Source of the DNA: Paraspadella gotoi
Taxonomy: Eukaryota; Animalia; Chaetognatha
DNA length: 64,000 nucleotides
Direction of reading: 5' to 3'
NCBI GenBank assembly: GCA_051294375.1
Contig: CM119267.1
Coordinates: forward strand, 8,765,977 to 8,829,976
Both the position numbers and the translations under genes were made by a program. Of this stretch, positions 61,137 through 64,000 are shown piece by piece. Position 1 is the stretch's first letter. Each line of letters opens with the position of its first letter. A model generated the notes under the pieces. It made no database searches. It saw only the letters and a program-made list of their open reading frames with translations, and had not been told where the DNA came from.

Positions 61137-61585
61137 AAAAAAAAACCACGGGTCCGATTCCAGGCGCCGATCTCAATTTCTTTTTCTACCTCGACGATTT
61201 TAGCGCCAGACTTTATTACGCCCCGTTTCCCTTTTTTTTTTCTTTTTTTTTTCCTTTTTCCAGAAACATTTTTTACGAAAAAGAAAAAAAAACCAACGAC
61301 CGGAAAATGGCGTCCTCTTCTTTCGATAGATTCGGAGCGAAAAATAAGAGAGACAATGAGTTTCAACTGGATTCCGAGACAGAAAAGGACAAGAGAGACA
61401 AGAGGCGAGAGGCGAGAGAGACAGACAGACAAGAGAGAGAGTGAAGGCATCAATCCTTCGTTTACCGTTTTCATTTACTCAATCTGTTCTCATCAGTAAA
61501 ACTACCGTCGCATCAAGAGTCATTCCCCAAACGAAATTAGATTTCTTCTCTGCTGTAACCCAGCCGTCAGATTGTATTCCTCTCT

Positions 61586-61622
<37 letters not shown>

Positions 61623-61632
61623 CTCTCTTCTC

Positions 61633-61666
<34 letters not shown>

Positions 61667-61873
61667 TCCTTTTGGACCTTCTTCTCGTGTCAGTAATGTA
61701 ATGCGCAACTACGGCCTGTCTCGCCTTTAATGCACGAAGATTGAGCATTATTCATTTTGTACCTTAAGTGTTTTCCGTATTCAACTCTTGCTGAAGGATA
61801 GATTATCGAACTTCATTGGTTCCCTAGTTTTTCTTTCGAAGGCAGACATTGTGACGTAAACGAAATAAAAAAA
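61137..61873 (+). repeat. About 0.75-kb direct repeat, copy 2
   Basis: Starts immediately after a 25-N gap and repeats 56859-57622, then continues into unique sequence without the satellite. Confidence 0.9.
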
Positions 61874-62251
61874 GAAAGAAAGTATCGATGAATATATAAA
61901 TAAAACAAGGAATTATTTTTCGATTAATGCAGTTCGACCTTTCAACATCGTTTCGTTTTATATCGAAAGCATAATTCGCTCTTGACATTTTAGGCGAATC
62001 TAGCTTTTGTATTTTTGGCAGCCTTTATTTATGACGTTTCCGTTTTCATTAAATCTCATTAGTCAGTGTTTTCCACTTGCTTATTTTTCTATTCCGACAC
62101 TCCCAGACACTCTCATAAAGCGGTCACAACCCTTAGAAACAGAAACTCAAATTTACAGCTCAACCTCACTTTCGACTCCCAAACCCACACCTTCTGACCC
62201 CGTCCCCCAGCGTCTCCGCGAACTGGGAAACCTCAGGGAATTTCCACCCAA

Positions 62252-62369
<118 letters not shown>

Positions 62370-64000
62370 GAGAGAGGGAAAAAAATTGCCAGGAAAATCA
62401 GGCGATTCGTATTCGAATGTGAATGAAGGGGAAAACGGAAGAATGGCCGACTCCCGTTTTTGGAGGGGTAAGTGGGTAAGTTCGTGGGTGAGGCGAGCAC
62501 CCCCCGGATTTCGGTGGTTATATGACATGCTCGGAGCGAGTCCAGTTTTCGAGATAATAATAATGTGAGTTCGGCGAAGTCCTATTTAAAAGCAAAGGGG
62601 AAGTTTTTTGCTTAAATCGTGTTGAGTAAGTTAAGATAAAAAAATAAAAATCTTGGCAAAATCCAGAAAGTTTTCATTAGTGCCTTACTTGGCAGCGGTT
62701 CCCTTCATTCGATTTCCCTTTCCAATTTCACTGGTCGGTCTTTACTTTTTTTCTGTGGTTCTTTTTTTTCACTCCTGCCGCATCACTCTTGGAATTCCAC
62801 ACACTACAATTTCCTAACATCACATCACATCACATCACAGGCTAATTGCTGCCTCTTCCGCCATTTTCCTCTGCGCTTCCACGATCACTTACCTTCCCTT
62901 ACCTCATATTCACTTCGTCACACTCAACTCTTTACACACGCCACTCCTCACCTCTCCTCGTCTTTCCTCACCCGTCCTTACCTTCCTNNNNNNNNNNNNN
63001 NNNNNNNNNNNNNNNNNNNNNNNNNNNNNNNNNNNNNAGAGAGAGAGAGAGAGAGAAATGTAACTCTTGGGGATTGAGAGGGGTTTAAAATTGTCACATT
63101 AAGCCGGGATTTTGATTTTGTGCCACAGAGACAGAGAGAGAGAGGAGATCGCAAATCCTACTTGTCCACTTTGCAAATCTAAAAATCTTGAAAAGAGACA
63201 ACAGACTCTATAAATTTGGGACCTGAATCGTTCAATTTTTATACCTTTTTTCAGTTAGCGTTATTCGTCTCTAGGCAACTAGCAAAATGTTTTGTTAAAC
63301 ATTCGCTTTACAAACCTTCTTGCGTCTGACAACGAAGACGACAACAACAACGAATGATTACAACAAAAGACGACGAAGAAAACGCGAAGACCAAAGAGTA
63401 AGATGACAAAGGAAGAATAGCATTGACGACGANNNNNNNNNNGACGACGACGACGAGGGGCATAATCAGTATTCGTATTTGGAGAGGCCGTCGAGACGAG
63501 GAGATGAATTCCTTTCAGTCCCGGAAGGACTTTTAGAGATAAGAGACTCGCGGGAATAATGGCACCGCCGCCAGTCGGAAGGTGGCGGTGAGAGTAGGTA
63601 GTGGTGCCAGAGGGATAGCGGTGTGTTATGGTGGTCGAGTGCGAGGTGGTCGGAGTTAGAAAGAAAGTCGGTCTGTCGTGGAGAAAAGAAAGGAGGGCGA
63701 GTCGTTTGCGGTCGCACGAACGGTCTCCGGCCGTTTTGAGCTGCCAAGGTTAGTTTTTCTTGGGTAATTATGATACAATATGGATGAGAGCTGACACGAG
63801 TTGTCTCCTCAATGCTTTTATTTATAAACTCGTGAATATAAATTGGGTTTTAAGCGAGAAATATCTTCTTTCGTTTTTAAGACAATGACCCTTTTTTTAA
63901 GTTACGTACCGACTCGACCAAAATTGTCGTTTTTATCTCCACGACGTCAAGTCTCGGCGTCTTGCGATTGACCTTTTATTCAGTTACTTGATCTTTTCTC

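Noticed and set aside
56859-61873. LTR retrotransposon-like layout (long direct repeats around an internal region)
   Set aside because: No TG...CA termini, PBS, PPT or gag/pol are visible; the second repeat starts at a gap and the interior is satellite.

Overview
Eukaryotic genomic DNA, probably from an invertebrate animal: short GT-AG introns, no visible CpG depletion, and dense (GA)n/(CT)n and (GAC)n microsatellites. It comes from a gap-filled, error-prone long-read-assisted scaffold. I can assemble two spliced plus-strand genes by eye. (1) At least 18 exons at 5122-14862 encode about 1,400 aa of almost entirely low-complexity P/S/Q/H/Y-rich protein; neither end is resolved. (2) A complete 5-exon gene at 48112-50624 encodes a 638-aa protein with signal peptide, acidic region, long coiled coil and one transmembrane helix. 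I recognise neither family. Between them lie about 33 kb with no convincing exons but several clusters of transcription-factor-like motifs. A ~535-bp satellite with internal subrepeats occupies 57620-61111. Several large duplications sit exactly on 25-N gaps and are most likely assembly artefacts, as is the A/C-skewed first 2.7 kb. I cannot demonstrate a new biological system. The best leads are the two unassigned proteins, the satellite, a 79-nt near-perfect hairpin, a (GA)n insert flanked by 21-bp direct repeats, and repeated composite motif modules.
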